DNA of 60,588 bases. Origin: a virus. Taxonomy: Duplodnaviria > Caudoviricetes. Where the stretch lies: positions 1-60,588 of IMG/VR virus record IMGVR_UViG_3300032260_000003. One strand, given 5' to 3'. The first letter of the stretch is position 1. Every line of letters begins with the position of its first letter. The notes beneath the pieces are model-generated. The model had not been told where the DNA came from, ran no database searches, and saw only the letters and a program-made list of their open reading frames with translations. Shown here piece after piece: positions 47,601-55,895 of the stretch. The position numbers and the translations under genes were made by a program.

Positions 47601-48632
47601 GGCGGCGGCTGCGCAGCGTTGCAACAATCCGAAGAATCCGTATTTTCGGCACTACGGCGAACGTGGGATCGAGTTTCGGTTCGAGTCGAACGAAGCTGGC
47701 GCGCGTTGGATTTTGGACAATCTCGGGCCGAAGCCGGGCCTAAAAATGGAGTTGGACCGAATCGACAACGACGGTCACTACGAACCGGGGAATCTTCGGT
47801 GGGCAACGCGTTCGGAAAATCAACTCAATCGCCGAACCGGGCGGACGCGCAAGCCGAACTTGAATTTCACGTATCGGGTGACGGAATGGCCGTACGGCGA
47901 ATTCACTGTGCGGGCGAAGATGCTGGAAGGCAAAACACGCGAACAGATTTTCGCCGATGCGCGGTGGGCGGTGACGCGCAAATCAAAAGGATGGAGGCAG
48001 ATCGAGCGCCGATTAAAGGAACTCGACGAGTCTACGATATTCTGAATGCCGGGCCGCGCCGTAGATTCACAACATCATCTTGTTTAGTAAGCAATTGTTA
48101 TAATAAGCAGTACGGTGACGGTGATGATCTGTTTTCGACGATGCGTCGACAGCGCAATAAGGTCACCGGCAAGCGTGTGTTCCCGGGCCTGTCCGAAGAG
48201 TTGGTCGACACATGGAACGACCGTTGGGACTCGCGGCGCCCGTGGACGAAGCAATGGCACCGCAAGGTCGCTCGATACGTGGCCGCGCACGGCTACAATA
48301 TGACGCCGTTCGCCGGCCGCATCCGCCATTACCTCGGTGGGCCGAACAAGAAATTTGCGCCGCCGAACCACGAGTGCCAGGGCGGCGCAGGCGATTTGAT
48401 GAACGAAGCGCTCGTCGGCGTTAACAAAGACATCCCCCGTGGCGGTTGGTCGCCGTCATCAGGAATTTTCGGTCAGACGCACGACGATATTCGTGTCATC
48501 GTTCCGGAATCGCGAGCGGCCGAGGCGTGTGGCATCGTCGAGAAGCACATGAATCGGATGGTTCGAGTGGGCAATGTCGATATGCCGTTCTTGGCGACCG
48601 CAAAGTCGGCCCGATGTTTGGCTGACGTGTAG
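44631..48632 (+). CDS. polA: Family A DNA polymerase with N-terminal family-4 UDG-like domain, 3'-5' exonuclease and an intein
   Basis: CQRC..NEAPG..RPFV (UDG); DIETG, FHNGISFD, YGGRD (Exo I-III); SGRLASS, ADGEQIEAR (motif A), RRIAKFY/CYNKQYG (motif B), THDD (motif C). Confidence 0.93.
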   Translation: MKEKETRRQRIERVHAKALARGAKCQRCPLALSKRGPVPSTVRKARLAIINEAPGFKEVLAMRPFVDKDGRELQRALTAADTTRDEVAILQVLECQPPGNGSIAGYERDINRLNAPAVEAHKVALAKYREAKKAAKKAKKDPPEKPTPPVLMKSPIECCSPRLRKDLMKVRPKVFMPLGQYAHKALAKVLDVPLGGDKKYRGEVRLAELSKQRGHPLPLPQYIKWNPDDVDALNDALEPEAKIRYYSSKLKIATANTLKLKSGAFILPSYPPRYAMMKAHHMAHRIRTDIARAATIAREGKLRWKDGKVKIAPTVSEIRKWAKNQIRLNRQQMVDIETGPRNRMEAKDGLHIDALVRCIIFTSGPEEKETTIVVPFFTKAGKQFWTPRNHKRVKFWCRKVLDSCPTAFHNGISFDRPRLLRQNYMTDNANSGFKANDDDLIIAMHDSREQDNEKNLGYVISCFFDMPLHKSDVDHKVAGSETEDEDLWIYGGRDGVTQSRCLRRVKKWIKEDKTEKQYRFDMEQLAPVITGMCMTPVPIFYPEMQTAITMLRGETNKYETRVRTAVKSLAPDVVWPAGKDKKHVFNPRSPKQVGQLLFDHLGHEPKLNTEGHPYSAGDGASTSIDALLALEDSGKVVGVTADLLDAFIRYKCMEKLRQMVEGISYEYAPHWGPEYRQLWVNWKMHVVPSGRLASSPNFQNWTSLGFYNMKKLIMAPPGHVIVSADGEQIEARVYAIQSGDQVMLRAFAEGLDVHAANAATLLAHNDEEELRLTHEIAQKKKETWTPTDQDKRDWQEMVELRRDAGDEKYRKVDIDRPSHEALVENNLKYAEEVRRIAKFYCIAEGQLVLTDRGDVPIEQVRDDDLVWDGIEWVAHDGVIYKGEQKVIEHDGLIATPDHKVWLEDGRKVEFGQAAAECAVLARGAEGGQPLWYVADQEQGVEGSRASQGDRRVQMRPAQGFVSRQPSSGKVEGMPLVREAEGHAARTSNVHGGGCAALQQSEESVFSALRRTWDRVSVRVERSWRALDFGQSRAEAGPKNGVGPNRQRRSLRTGESSVGNAFGKSTQSPNRADAQAELEFHVSGDGMAVRRIHCAGEDAGRQNTRTDFRRCAVGGDAQIKRMEADRAPIKGTRRVYDILNAGPRRRFTTSSCLVSNCYNKQYGDGDDLFSTMRRQRNKVTGKRVFPGLSEELVDTWNDRWDSRRPWTKQWHRKVARYVAAHGYNMTPFAGRIRHYLGGPNKKFAPPNHECQGGAGDLMNEALVGVNKDIPRGGWSPSSGIFGQTHDDIRVIVPESRAAEACGIVEKHMNRMVRVGNVDMPFLATAKSARCLADV
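47151..48095 (+). mobile_element. Intein (315 aa) inserted in PolA motif B
   Basis: Starts CIAEGQLV; block B TPDHKV; block F VYDILN; ends LVSN followed by Cys+1; removal restores RxxxKxxxYxxxYG. Confidence 0.92.
47407..48045 (+). CDS. HNH homing endonuclease encoded in the +1 frame inside the intein
   Basis: GSRFG..ECKCG..GCRSC..RCNNPKNPYFRHYGERGI..LDRIDNDGHYEPGNLRWATRSENQLNRR; GGGGAG 6 nt before GTG 47407. Confidence 0.88.
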   Translation: MGSRFGMWRTKSKVWKDRGHRKVIGECKCGLRKVLYLDNLRAGKSKGCRSCVKLKDTPHELRMCMAAAAQRCNNPKNPYFRHYGERGIEFRFESNEAGARWILDNLGPKPGLKMELDRIDNDGHYEPGNLRWATRSENQLNRRTGRTRKPNLNFTYRVTEWPYGEFTVRAKMLEGKTREQIFADARWAVTRKSKGWRQIERRLKELDESTIF

Positions 48633-48713
48633 GGTTGACGCCCGGGTGACAGTGTGTTCGGATGCTTTCACCTTTTCCGGTCACACTCGGCAGCGGCGGA
48701 GCACTAACGAACC

Positions 48714-49175
48714 ATGAAAGAAAAACGATCACCCGAAGAACAAAGTCAGATGCAGCGCATGTTCAATCTTGCGTTGTTCGGGATCCGCGGACAGGGCGGC
48801 CCCGGCTGGGATGATGAACACGGATGTTGCTATCAAGCCGTGAAGCCGGACGGAACGGTGTGTCGATGCGCTGTCGGATGGGCGGCATCGCCGAATGAAG
48901 AGCTGTCGAAGCAACTGGCCAGGACGTCAGGGAACATCTACGCGTTGGCGCACGGTGAAGACCCGGTGCTCCCGAAATTGCGGGCAATGTATCCGGCGAT
49001 CGGGAAGTTCGAAGGCGATTTCATCGCGTTCGCGATGGACCTTCAGGCGGCGCATGATGATTATGCACACCTGGCTTCAGACGGCCTCGATCGAGGATAT
49101 ATGCCGGCGTTCAACAACTGCATGCGAGATTTCGCCAAAGATTACTGCCTCGATTACACGGAGCCCACGTCATGA
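48714..49175 (+). CDS. Hypothetical protein
   Basis: GGAG RBS; CAVG..LQAAHD pattern. Confidence 0.75.
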   Translation: MKEKRSPEEQSQMQRMFNLALFGIRGQGGPGWDDEHGCCYQAVKPDGTVCRCAVGWAASPNEELSKQLARTSGNIYALAHGEDPVLPKLRAMYPAIGKFEGDFIAFAMDLQAAHDDYAHLASDGLDRGYMPAFNNCMRDFAKDYCLDYTEPTS

Positions 49176-49723
49176 ACTACATCATCGGATACATCATCAT
49201 CGCCGCCATGGTTTTCTCGACCGTCGTCGCGTTCATCGTCGCGTACTTCGCTTTTCACCGCGCTCTCGAAACTCGCGTAAGCGCTTCTTATGTGTGGGGT
49301 GGCGCGTTCGGCGCTCGAACAATGACGCTTGCCGCGAACGCATGCGCCGAAGCGCTCGTCGTGATTGAGCAGGTGGCGATTACGCATGGATTTTTGCAAG
49401 CCGCGCGGCGGTCGACGGTGGAAATCGTGCGGCCCGGCGAAGTGCGGTCAACGTCGGTGACGTCGGGGAAGATGCCGGATGGCCGTGACATTGGCGGCTC
49501 CATTACCACGAAGTGCATGTTCGGCTTTTTCGGTCCGCGTCGTTACGTCATCCACGTCGCGATTGATCCCACTGACGAACGCCGCACCGGCGCGACCGTG
49601 ATTCACGAATGGGCGCAACACGTATTGTCCGTCTACGAAGGCAAGGGACCCAACGCTGCGCACGATCGAATGCTGTTCACGCTCATCGAGACGACGTGCA
49701 AGCAAAGGTATGAACGTGGCTGA
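49172..49723 (+). CDS. Membrane-anchored protein, possible zincin-like peptidase
   Basis: N-terminal TM; IHEWAQH plus a downstream His. Confidence 0.45.
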   Translation: MNYIIGYIIIAAMVFSTVVAFIVAYFAFHRALETRVSASYVWGGAFGARTMTLAANACAEALVVIEQVAITHGFLQAARRSTVEIVRPGEVRSTSVTSGKMPDGRDIGGSITTKCMFGFFGPRRYVIHVAIDPTDERRTGATVIHEWAQHVLSVYEGKGPNAAHDRMLFTLIETTCKQRYERG

Positions 49724-51410
49724 CGTACCAGGTCGCGCCGAATTTGATGCGAGCGGCCACCTGAAGATTCCGCATGAGTTCGTAGAAGTGTCCGTCAGCG
49801 ATCTCGCCGAGGCGGATGAATATTGGTTCATGACCTCCGAGGGCAGGTGGATGGGTCGATGTGTTGCGCGCAATGCCCAATGGGATCGAACGGTGACTAC
49901 GCGAATCGTGCGGTTGAATCCGAATTTGAAGATTCCACCCGGCTACGTTCCGGTGTTGAAGGCGGACGTGCCGAATCCGGTGCCCGACGACTGGAAGTTC
50001 TGCACCGAAACCGCAGTGGCGGATCTGAGGTTTGGGAGCTTCGAGGGGATGAAGGATCATCGAAAGTTGTGGGTGTGGGCAAGGCCGGGTCCGGAATTGA
50101 CGGCCGAAAAGAAAGCCGAAGAGAAGCTGGATGCGCACGCATCGAGTGATGTCGACGGTCGAATCGCCAAGCTCGGTGACCGCATCATCTTCACCGGCCC
50201 CAATTGGAGCTTCGCGCGCGCGCGCACCGAGGTGTACGAAGTCACACACGTTTTTGAGAGTGGGAAGGCGGACCTCAGATCGGTGAATTCCTCCGACGAG
50301 CGCGTGTTGATGGCTTACGCTACGGAGCAATTTCGCGTTGTGCCGCCGGAAACGACGGACCGGATGCTGTGGGACGGCGCCGGCAATCTCTTCCCGCCGC
50401 TATCGGTCGAAGAACAAGCAAAGGCGGAGGATCAGGCGATGAAAGAGCTTCGGGACGCCGACGGCACAAAATTCGAGATCGGCAAGAAGGTTATCTTGCT
50501 TTCGCCTGGATGGACGTCTCCGGAATCGGTGGAACACGTCTTCACGATTGTGTCGATGGCGTCGCGTCGAATCAGGCTGCGATCGCTGTGCGGCGGGTAT
50601 ACGCGAGTGTGGCGCAATTTCACCGATACGTCGGTTCGATGCGTTCCGTCACGAACCACGAATCGAAAAGCGTGGTATGCGGACGGCATGCGCAATTGGG
50701 ACGAAAAATTGGATGGCGCGCGTAATTGGGACGAAACAATAGACGGCAATCCTGTCACACACAGTTCGGACGGAACACCAATCAATTATGAGGAGCCAAC
50801 AATGACTGAAGATAAGACAACAAAGCCGATGACTGATCGCGTGATCGAATCGGGAAAGAGCGTGCTGACGTGTGCGAGTCATCAGGCGGCGGCGTTGACC
50901 GCGGTTGATGGTGTGATCGGCGGCGCACGCATGCTGCTCGACGCGCGCGGAGCCGAGAAGGGCAAGGTCGGCAAGAAGGCGCGAAAGGCGTTGGTGGCGC
51001 TCGATGACTTGCTCGAAGACGAGCTGGTTGACGCGGGGATTCGAACGCTCATTTCGGCGTTGATTCTCTTGGGATCACTGGCTGCGACGAAAGAGGATCC
51101 TAACGGAACGATTTCGATTCCATTTCTCCCCAATGCCGTCGGTTCGTTCGGCCTCAACACGGCGGAAGCCGGCGCCATCGGCAACTTGGCGATGCTCGAA
51201 CGCCAGATCGGCAAGAAGGCGTTCGCCGGTGTCATGCAGGTCATCGGACCGATGTTCACGGAGATGCGGAAACAGTCGGCAAACAACGTGGATGCGCTCG
51301 CCGACGCTAATGCGGCTATTGCGGCCGGCAAGCGGAAGCTCCGCGCTCGAAAGCGGAAGGCAAAGAAAACACCGGCAGCGGCTGCACGGACGGCGGAGCG
51401 GCAATTATGA
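49710..51410 (+). CDS. Large multidomain hypothetical protein (possible gene fusion)
   Basis: Duplicated internal domain; internal GAGGAG plus in-frame ATG at 50802. Confidence 0.7.
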   Translation: MNVADVPGRAEFDASGHLKIPHEFVEVSVSDLAEADEYWFMTSEGRWMGRCVARNAQWDRTVTTRIVRLNPNLKIPPGYVPVLKADVPNPVPDDWKFCTETAVADLRFGSFEGMKDHRKLWVWARPGPELTAEKKAEEKLDAHASSDVDGRIAKLGDRIIFTGPNWSFARARTEVYEVTHVFESGKADLRSVNSSDERVLMAYATEQFRVVPPETTDRMLWDGAGNLFPPLSVEEQAKAEDQAMKELRDADGTKFEIGKKVILLSPGWTSPESVEHVFTIVSMASRRIRLRSLCGGYTRVWRNFTDTSVRCVPSRTTNRKAWYADGMRNWDEKLDGARNWDETIDGNPVTHSSDGTPINYEEPTMTEDKTTKPMTDRVIESGKSVLTCASHQAAALTAVDGVIGGARMLLDARGAEKGKVGKKARKALVALDDLLEDELVDAGIRTLISALILLGSLAATKEDPNGTISIPFLPNAVGSFGLNTAEAGAIGNLAMLERQIGKKAFAGVMQVIGPMFTEMRKQSANNVDALADANAAIAAGKRKLRARKRKAKKTPAAAARTAERQL

Positions 51411-51775
51411 GCCGCCGGACGTTCTACATTCACGAGCGCAACATCGATCACGCCGAGGTGCAGGCCGTGACGTTCATGTTCGAGCCGACGAAGATGGGAT
51501 TCTGGCGAATCGGCGCCGCGATCTGCACGAGGGATGACAACTTCGATCGACGCATCGGTCGCGGTCGAGCGTTCTCACGTATTGTCCAACGTGCGTCGTC
51601 CTTGTATGCGTCGATGGGCGATCGCGACCTCGACGCGGCGCTGCGGAGATATCGCACGGGTCGCGAATTCGGCGATGCCACACAAGACGACGGGTGGCAT
51701 CTCGGATTTTTGTTGCAGTTATTCCATCTGGCGGTGCCGCACTACGACGGCCATGCAGACAAGCAGAGGATCTGA
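51407..51775 (+). CDS. Conserved phage protein
   Basis: GAAICTRDDNFDRRIGRGRA motif. Confidence 0.65.
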   Translation: MSRRTFYIHERNIDHAEVQAVTFMFEPTKMGFWRIGAAICTRDDNFDRRIGRGRAFSRIVQRASSLYASMGDRDLDAALRRYRTGREFGDATQDDGWHLGFLLQLFHLAVPHYDGHADKQRI

Positions 51776-52551
51776 TGGGTGCTGCCGCGTTTCCAATCAA
51801 GTACGTCGGATCGAAGGAAGGGATTCTTTCGAAGATTCTGCCGAAGATTCCGCCGAAGATCGACACGTACGGTGAGCCGTTCATGGGCGCCGCGCGCGTG
51901 TACTTCGCTATCCACGAGCGCGTGCGGAAGGCGCATCTGTGGGATATGAATCCAGCGCTCATCGCGTTCTGGCAGGCCGTTCGCAAGGACCCTGATGCGG
52001 TGTATCGCGACGTGAAGCAAATCGCGCGGTACTACGAAAAGATGGACGCCGCCGAGCAGGAAAAGTTCTTCTATCGGCTGCGGAAACGCTTCAATCGGGA
52101 TCAGACGGCTCGGCCGGAGCACTTTGTTTTCCTCAATCGCGCGTGCTTCAATGGACTGTATCGCGTGAATCGCAGGGGCGAGTTCAACGTTCCGTTCGGG
52201 AAGCGCGCGACGATTGCGCTGTACCCGAAGGGCTACTACCAGAAGCTCGCGAAAGCGTTGAAGAGGGCGTCTATCCGTCTCGGCGATTTTCGCGACTTTC
52301 CGTACGACCGGTGCGACTTCACGTACTTCGATCCGCCCTACGAAGACGTGTTCGATCTCTACACGTCGGGCCGGTTTCTCGAAGAGGACCACATGGATTT
52401 GTGCGAAACGTTCCTGAAGATTCCGCCGGGGTCTCGGCTGCTGTCGAATTCGATTCATGCGCGGCATCGGTATCCCGGCGGTCGCATCATTCAGGTGTCG
52501 CATTTCGTGAAGGGCGGCCGGTCGCCGGTCGAGGAGATTTTGGTTCAATGA
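51775..52551 (+). CDS. dam: Dam-family DNA adenine methyltransferase
   Basis: KYVGSK, EPFMGA, FNGLYRVNRRGEFNVPFG, YFDPPY. Confidence 0.92.
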   Translation: MGAAAFPIKYVGSKEGILSKILPKIPPKIDTYGEPFMGAARVYFAIHERVRKAHLWDMNPALIAFWQAVRKDPDAVYRDVKQIARYYEKMDAAEQEKFFYRLRKRFNRDQTARPEHFVFLNRACFNGLYRVNRRGEFNVPFGKRATIALYPKGYYQKLAKALKRASIRLGDFRDFPYDRCDFTYFDPPYEDVFDLYTSGRFLEEDHMDLCETFLKIPPGSRLLSNSIHARHRYPGGRIIQVSHFVKGGRSPVEEILVQ

Positions 52552-52766
52552 ACGAACGAAAGACCGGCGAGTGGTTTCTGATCTGGATGGTGGGCGTTGC
52601 AGTCAATTTCGCCCTCATGTCGGCCATTGCGCTTCGGTACGAAGAGACTCGCGTGGCGGGCGCTCCGGAGATCATCGCCATCATGTTGGCGGGGCAGATC
52701 ATGTTCACGGTCCTGTGCATCGCGAGCGCAAACAAACAACGGAGGCAGTATGACCGCGATTCGTAA
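52548..52766 (+). CDS. Two-TM membrane protein
   Basis: Two hydrophobic helices; coupled. Confidence 0.6.
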   Translation: MNERKTGEWFLIWMVGVAVNFALMSAIALRYEETRVAGAPEIIAIMLAGQIMFTVLCIASANKQRRQYDRDS

Positions 52767-53145
52767 ATGGCCGCAATTGTCGCTGGTCCAGCGTCGGTTG
52801 CTCCGGCTCATGCTGCGCGATGGTCACGTGGATCTCCACATCGACGTTCGTATGACCGGGTCGGGCCGCGCCGTGGGGCACAAGGATGTGCGTCGCGCCG
52901 ACCACACACGAATGACGCAGGAGAAAGCGCACATCAGAACGACGGCGCTGAAAAAACTGCGTGAGCACGGCTACGTGCATTATCGCGACACCGATCTTCG
53001 GGCATTCATGGATGTGCCCGGCTTTCAGTGTGGCGTGATCGAGGTGCATGCGAAGCTGACGTACGACGGTCGCTCGATTGCCGAGCATCTTTTGGCGGCG
53101 CAAAAAGAAAAAGGCATCATGCCGTCACAACTGGAAGACCACTAA
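52750..53145 (+). CDS. Winged-helix-like protein
   Basis: GGAGG RBS; LSLVQRRLL..LKKLREHGYV..LTYDGR. Confidence 0.6.
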   Translation: MTAIRKWPQLSLVQRRLLRLMLRDGHVDLHIDVRMTGSGRAVGHKDVRRADHTRMTQEKAHIRTTALKKLREHGYVHYRDTDLRAFMDVPGFQCGVIEVHAKLTYDGRSIAEHLLAAQKEKGIMPSQLEDH

Positions 53146-53165
53146 CACTCACCAACCAAGAGGCG

Positions 53166-54023
53166 ATGAAGATGACTAAGAATGGCTCACCAACCCCCGG
53201 CATGTTTTACTGCGCGCGCGGCGAAGAATCGGCGCGAAAAACTGCGCCGCTTTCGTCCGACGAAACGCCGACGCCCGACGCCCCTGGATCCAAATCCGAA
53301 TTTCCGTCCAGATTCGGACCGAAAACCGCCCAAACTGATGAGGAGACAAAGACAGTGATCAACCGAAACGACGTCCGCGGCATCTACCCCTACGAATTGG
53401 CGCTGCTCAAACGTCTGCAACAACGCAACCAGACGTCGTGGGATCTGTACGTTCACATGTGCTCGATCACCCCGAACAAGTACGCCAGCGGCAAGCCGCG
53501 TTCGCCGATCAAGCAGTCGTCGATCACCTCCGGCTTGGGTTTTCTCCGGAGGAAGGGACTCTGCCGTGAGACGGAGGAGCGGCGCATCGGCGGAACTAAC
53601 GTGAAACTCGTCGTCAACGAAATCACGTTGCGAGGGAAAGAGTTGATCGCCGCCTTGCACGTTCAGGAATCGGAGCATTACGTCGGCGGTTTTCACATCC
53701 TGACGCCGAAAACCGATCTCGACCGATTGACGGCGGCTCGACGAAAGCGTCAGGCGGTGGCGATGATGCGCAAGGAAGCGAGCGCGAACCCGAAACCGGA
53801 AGTTCAGCCGGCGCAGTCGCCGCCGCTTTCGAGTGCCGCCCCGACACCGAGTCAGGTTGTCAATAAGTATCCGACTGCGCTGCCGGTTGCGATGGAGCTG
53901 GCGCAAACGCTGGAAACTTCCGAGCGCGACGTTGCGTTCACAGGGGTTGCGCGACTCGCCATCACCAAGATGTCGCCGGCCGCTCGCGTCGAATTCATCA
54001 CCGAATTGGTGGAGGCACTCTGA
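53166..54023 (+). CDS. Winged-helix-like DNA-binding protein
   Basis: SSITSGLGFLRRKGLCRETEERR..ITLRG. Confidence 0.55.
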   Translation: MKMTKNGSPTPGMFYCARGEESARKTAPLSSDETPTPDAPGSKSEFPSRFGPKTAQTDEETKTVINRNDVRGIYPYELALLKRLQQRNQTSWDLYVHMCSITPNKYASGKPRSPIKQSSITSGLGFLRRKGLCRETEERRIGGTNVKLVVNEITLRGKELIAALHVQESEHYVGGFHILTPKTDLDRLTAARRKRQAVAMMRKEASANPKPEVQPAQSPPLSSAAPTPSQVVNKYPTALPVAMELAQTLETSERDVAFTGVARLAITKMSPAARVEFITELVEAL

Positions 54024-54024
54024 A

Positions 54025-55398
54025 ATGGCTGTGCGAGCAAAAAAACCGGATCGAATCAAATCGATTGACCTCGCCTTCAAGGGCATCACGGGCAAGTTCG
54101 ACCTCGGGCCTCGGGTCGCGATCGTCGGCCCATCGCAGTCCGGCAAGTCGTCGCTGCTCGCCGGCATCATGATGGCCGGCACGAACAAGAAGACGTGGGG
54201 GAACGTGCCAGACAAGTTGAAGGCGGACGTGCTCAGTGCGCAGAATGCCGTTCCGTTCGGCAACAACGGCGCGCACGTGACGATGGAATTCATGAGCGGT
54301 CTCGAAGCGACGTGGACCGGCATCATCAAAGGGCGAAACAAGACGCCGACGGTGGAGCACGAACTCCCCGAGCGCATCGCTTCGAAGTTTCCGCAGACGG
54401 AGTACATGGGGCAGTACGTTAACGGTCCGCAGATTCTCGCCCGCAGCGTCATCTATCGGTTCGCCGATCCTGATGATGCGTTGGCGGCGTACGACGGCGC
54501 ACTCGGGAAGCTCAAGAAGAAGGATCAGCGTGTGATTCGGCCGATGTTGGACGGCGTTTCTTCCATCGTCGATGCGTGGACCAAACTCGCGAACATCTCG
54601 CGCGGCCAGTCGCAGTTGATCAACCTCGATTTGAAGACCGCGGACAAACTGCGTGCGACTCGACAGAAACTCGGATTCGACGGTGATGACGCTGCTGACG
54701 TGGTTGCCGAACTGTGGAATCTCAACAACCGTGTTCAGATGCTTTCGATCGGCAAAGAGCTGGTGTCTCGTGGAGATTGGGGCGCGGTTTTCATGGAGGA
54801 CGAATTGCCGGAATCGTTCAGCGATATGCTCAACACCGCGGTGGAGGAGTTGGACGATTACGGGCTCAATCATCGGGGCGCCAAAGAGTACGCGCTGCTG
54901 TCCCGGCAGATTCGAGAGGCGGAAAAATCCGTCGACGAAAAGATGCCGGCTCGCGCGGTGATTCAGAACGCCGCTGCGGTGTTTTCGATGGCGCTCGACG
55001 GACTCCTCTTGAAGGCGTCGACGGCGTTCACCGAGCGGATGAAGGACTTCTTGCCGACGCCGTTGAGCGCGGCGTTGGTTCCCGGCGGCGGCGGTGTTCG
55101 CTTCGGTCTGCGGACTTCGAAGAAGGGCCCGGTGTATCCGATGAACGGTCTGTGCGGGTACGAGCTGTCGTCCCTCCACATGGCGCTACCGCAGGCGTGG
55201 GCCACACCGGGGGTCAAACCCATCGTATTGCTCGACACGAAGCACCTCGAAGCTGACACGGCCGCCACGCGTAAGATGCTTTCGGTCATGTCGAAGCGCG
55301 TGGCCGATAAGAGTGTTGCGCAAATCGTCGTAACGTTGCATGCTGACCGCATCAAAGCGATTCCTGACAATTTTCAGGTTATCGAACTGGAAGGGTAA
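54025..55398 (+). CDS. SbcC/Rad50-like ABC ATPase
   Basis: IVGPSQSGKSS, short coiled region, LCGYE signature, IVLLD, VTLH. Confidence 0.7.
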   Translation: MAVRAKKPDRIKSIDLAFKGITGKFDLGPRVAIVGPSQSGKSSLLAGIMMAGTNKKTWGNVPDKLKADVLSAQNAVPFGNNGAHVTMEFMSGLEATWTGIIKGRNKTPTVEHELPERIASKFPQTEYMGQYVNGPQILARSVIYRFADPDDALAAYDGALGKLKKKDQRVIRPMLDGVSSIVDAWTKLANISRGQSQLINLDLKTADKLRATRQKLGFDGDDAADVVAELWNLNNRVQMLSIGKELVSRGDWGAVFMEDELPESFSDMLNTAVEELDDYGLNHRGAKEYALLSRQIREAEKSVDEKMPARAVIQNAAAVFSMALDGLLLKASTAFTERMKDFLPTPLSAALVPGGGGVRFGLRTSKKGPVYPMNGLCGYELSSLHMALPQAWATPGVKPIVLLDTKHLEADTAATRKMLSVMSKRVADKSVAQIVVTLHADRIKAIPDNFQVIELEG

Positions 55399-55403
55399 CC
55401 AAG

Positions 55404-55748
55404 ATGACGAAGACGAAGACGACGAACGATGCAGTGCCGAAAGCTCCGCGGCCCGGCTGCCACATCACGCCCGCGCACGCCAAGGCGATGAAGCGGCACA
55501 TTCGAACGACACGAAACCGAACGACCATCGCCGCCGTTGCGCGCGCCGCGAACATTTCGTGGGCTGCCGCGAACCGCTTCATCGCGAACAACAAAATCGA
55601 TCTCGAAGCGCCGCGCAATCGCGAGATGGAGAAGCGGAACGCCACCATCTTCAAGTTGTGCAAGAAACAGCCGCGAGCCGAAGTCGCCGCGACGTACGGA
55701 ATCACGGAGGCGCGCGTCGGAATGATCGTGCGGTCAATGTCGAGCTAA
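55404..55748 (+). CDS. HTH regulator (Mor-like C-terminus)
   Basis: RNATIF..AEVAATYGITEARVGMIV. Confidence 0.65.
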   Translation: MTKTKTTNDAVPKAPRPGCHITPAHAKAMKRHIRTTRNRTTIAAVARAANISWAAANRFIANNKIDLEAPRNREMEKRNATIFKLCKKQPRAEVAATYGITEARVGMIVRSMSS

Positions 55749-55755
55749 TCGATAG

Positions 55756-55891
55756 TGCTGGGTAGCTTAATCGGTAAAGCGCCACGCCCAATGGCATATG
55801 CGTCAGAGAGTCCAGGGCGTACGACAGGACTCTCGTACGATGCTTTTGTCGGGTGTGGAAGTTGGTAGGTTCGAGCCCCGCCCCCATGCGT
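55756..55891 (+). ncRNA. tRNA-like RNA whose anticodon loop is replaced by a 61-nt structured insert
   Basis: TA-GCTT-AATCGGTA-AAGC D arm; CCACGCCC/GGGTGTGG stem; GGTAGG-TTCGAGC-CCCGCC T arm; TGCTGGG/CCCATGCG acceptor with a bulge. Confidence 0.72.
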
Positions 55892-55895
55892 TCAT

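Noticed and set aside
55756-55891. tmRNA or group I intron-containing tRNA
   Set aside because: It has a full D stem, no convincing alanine acceptor or tag reading frame, and the 61-nt insert is far too short for a group I intron.
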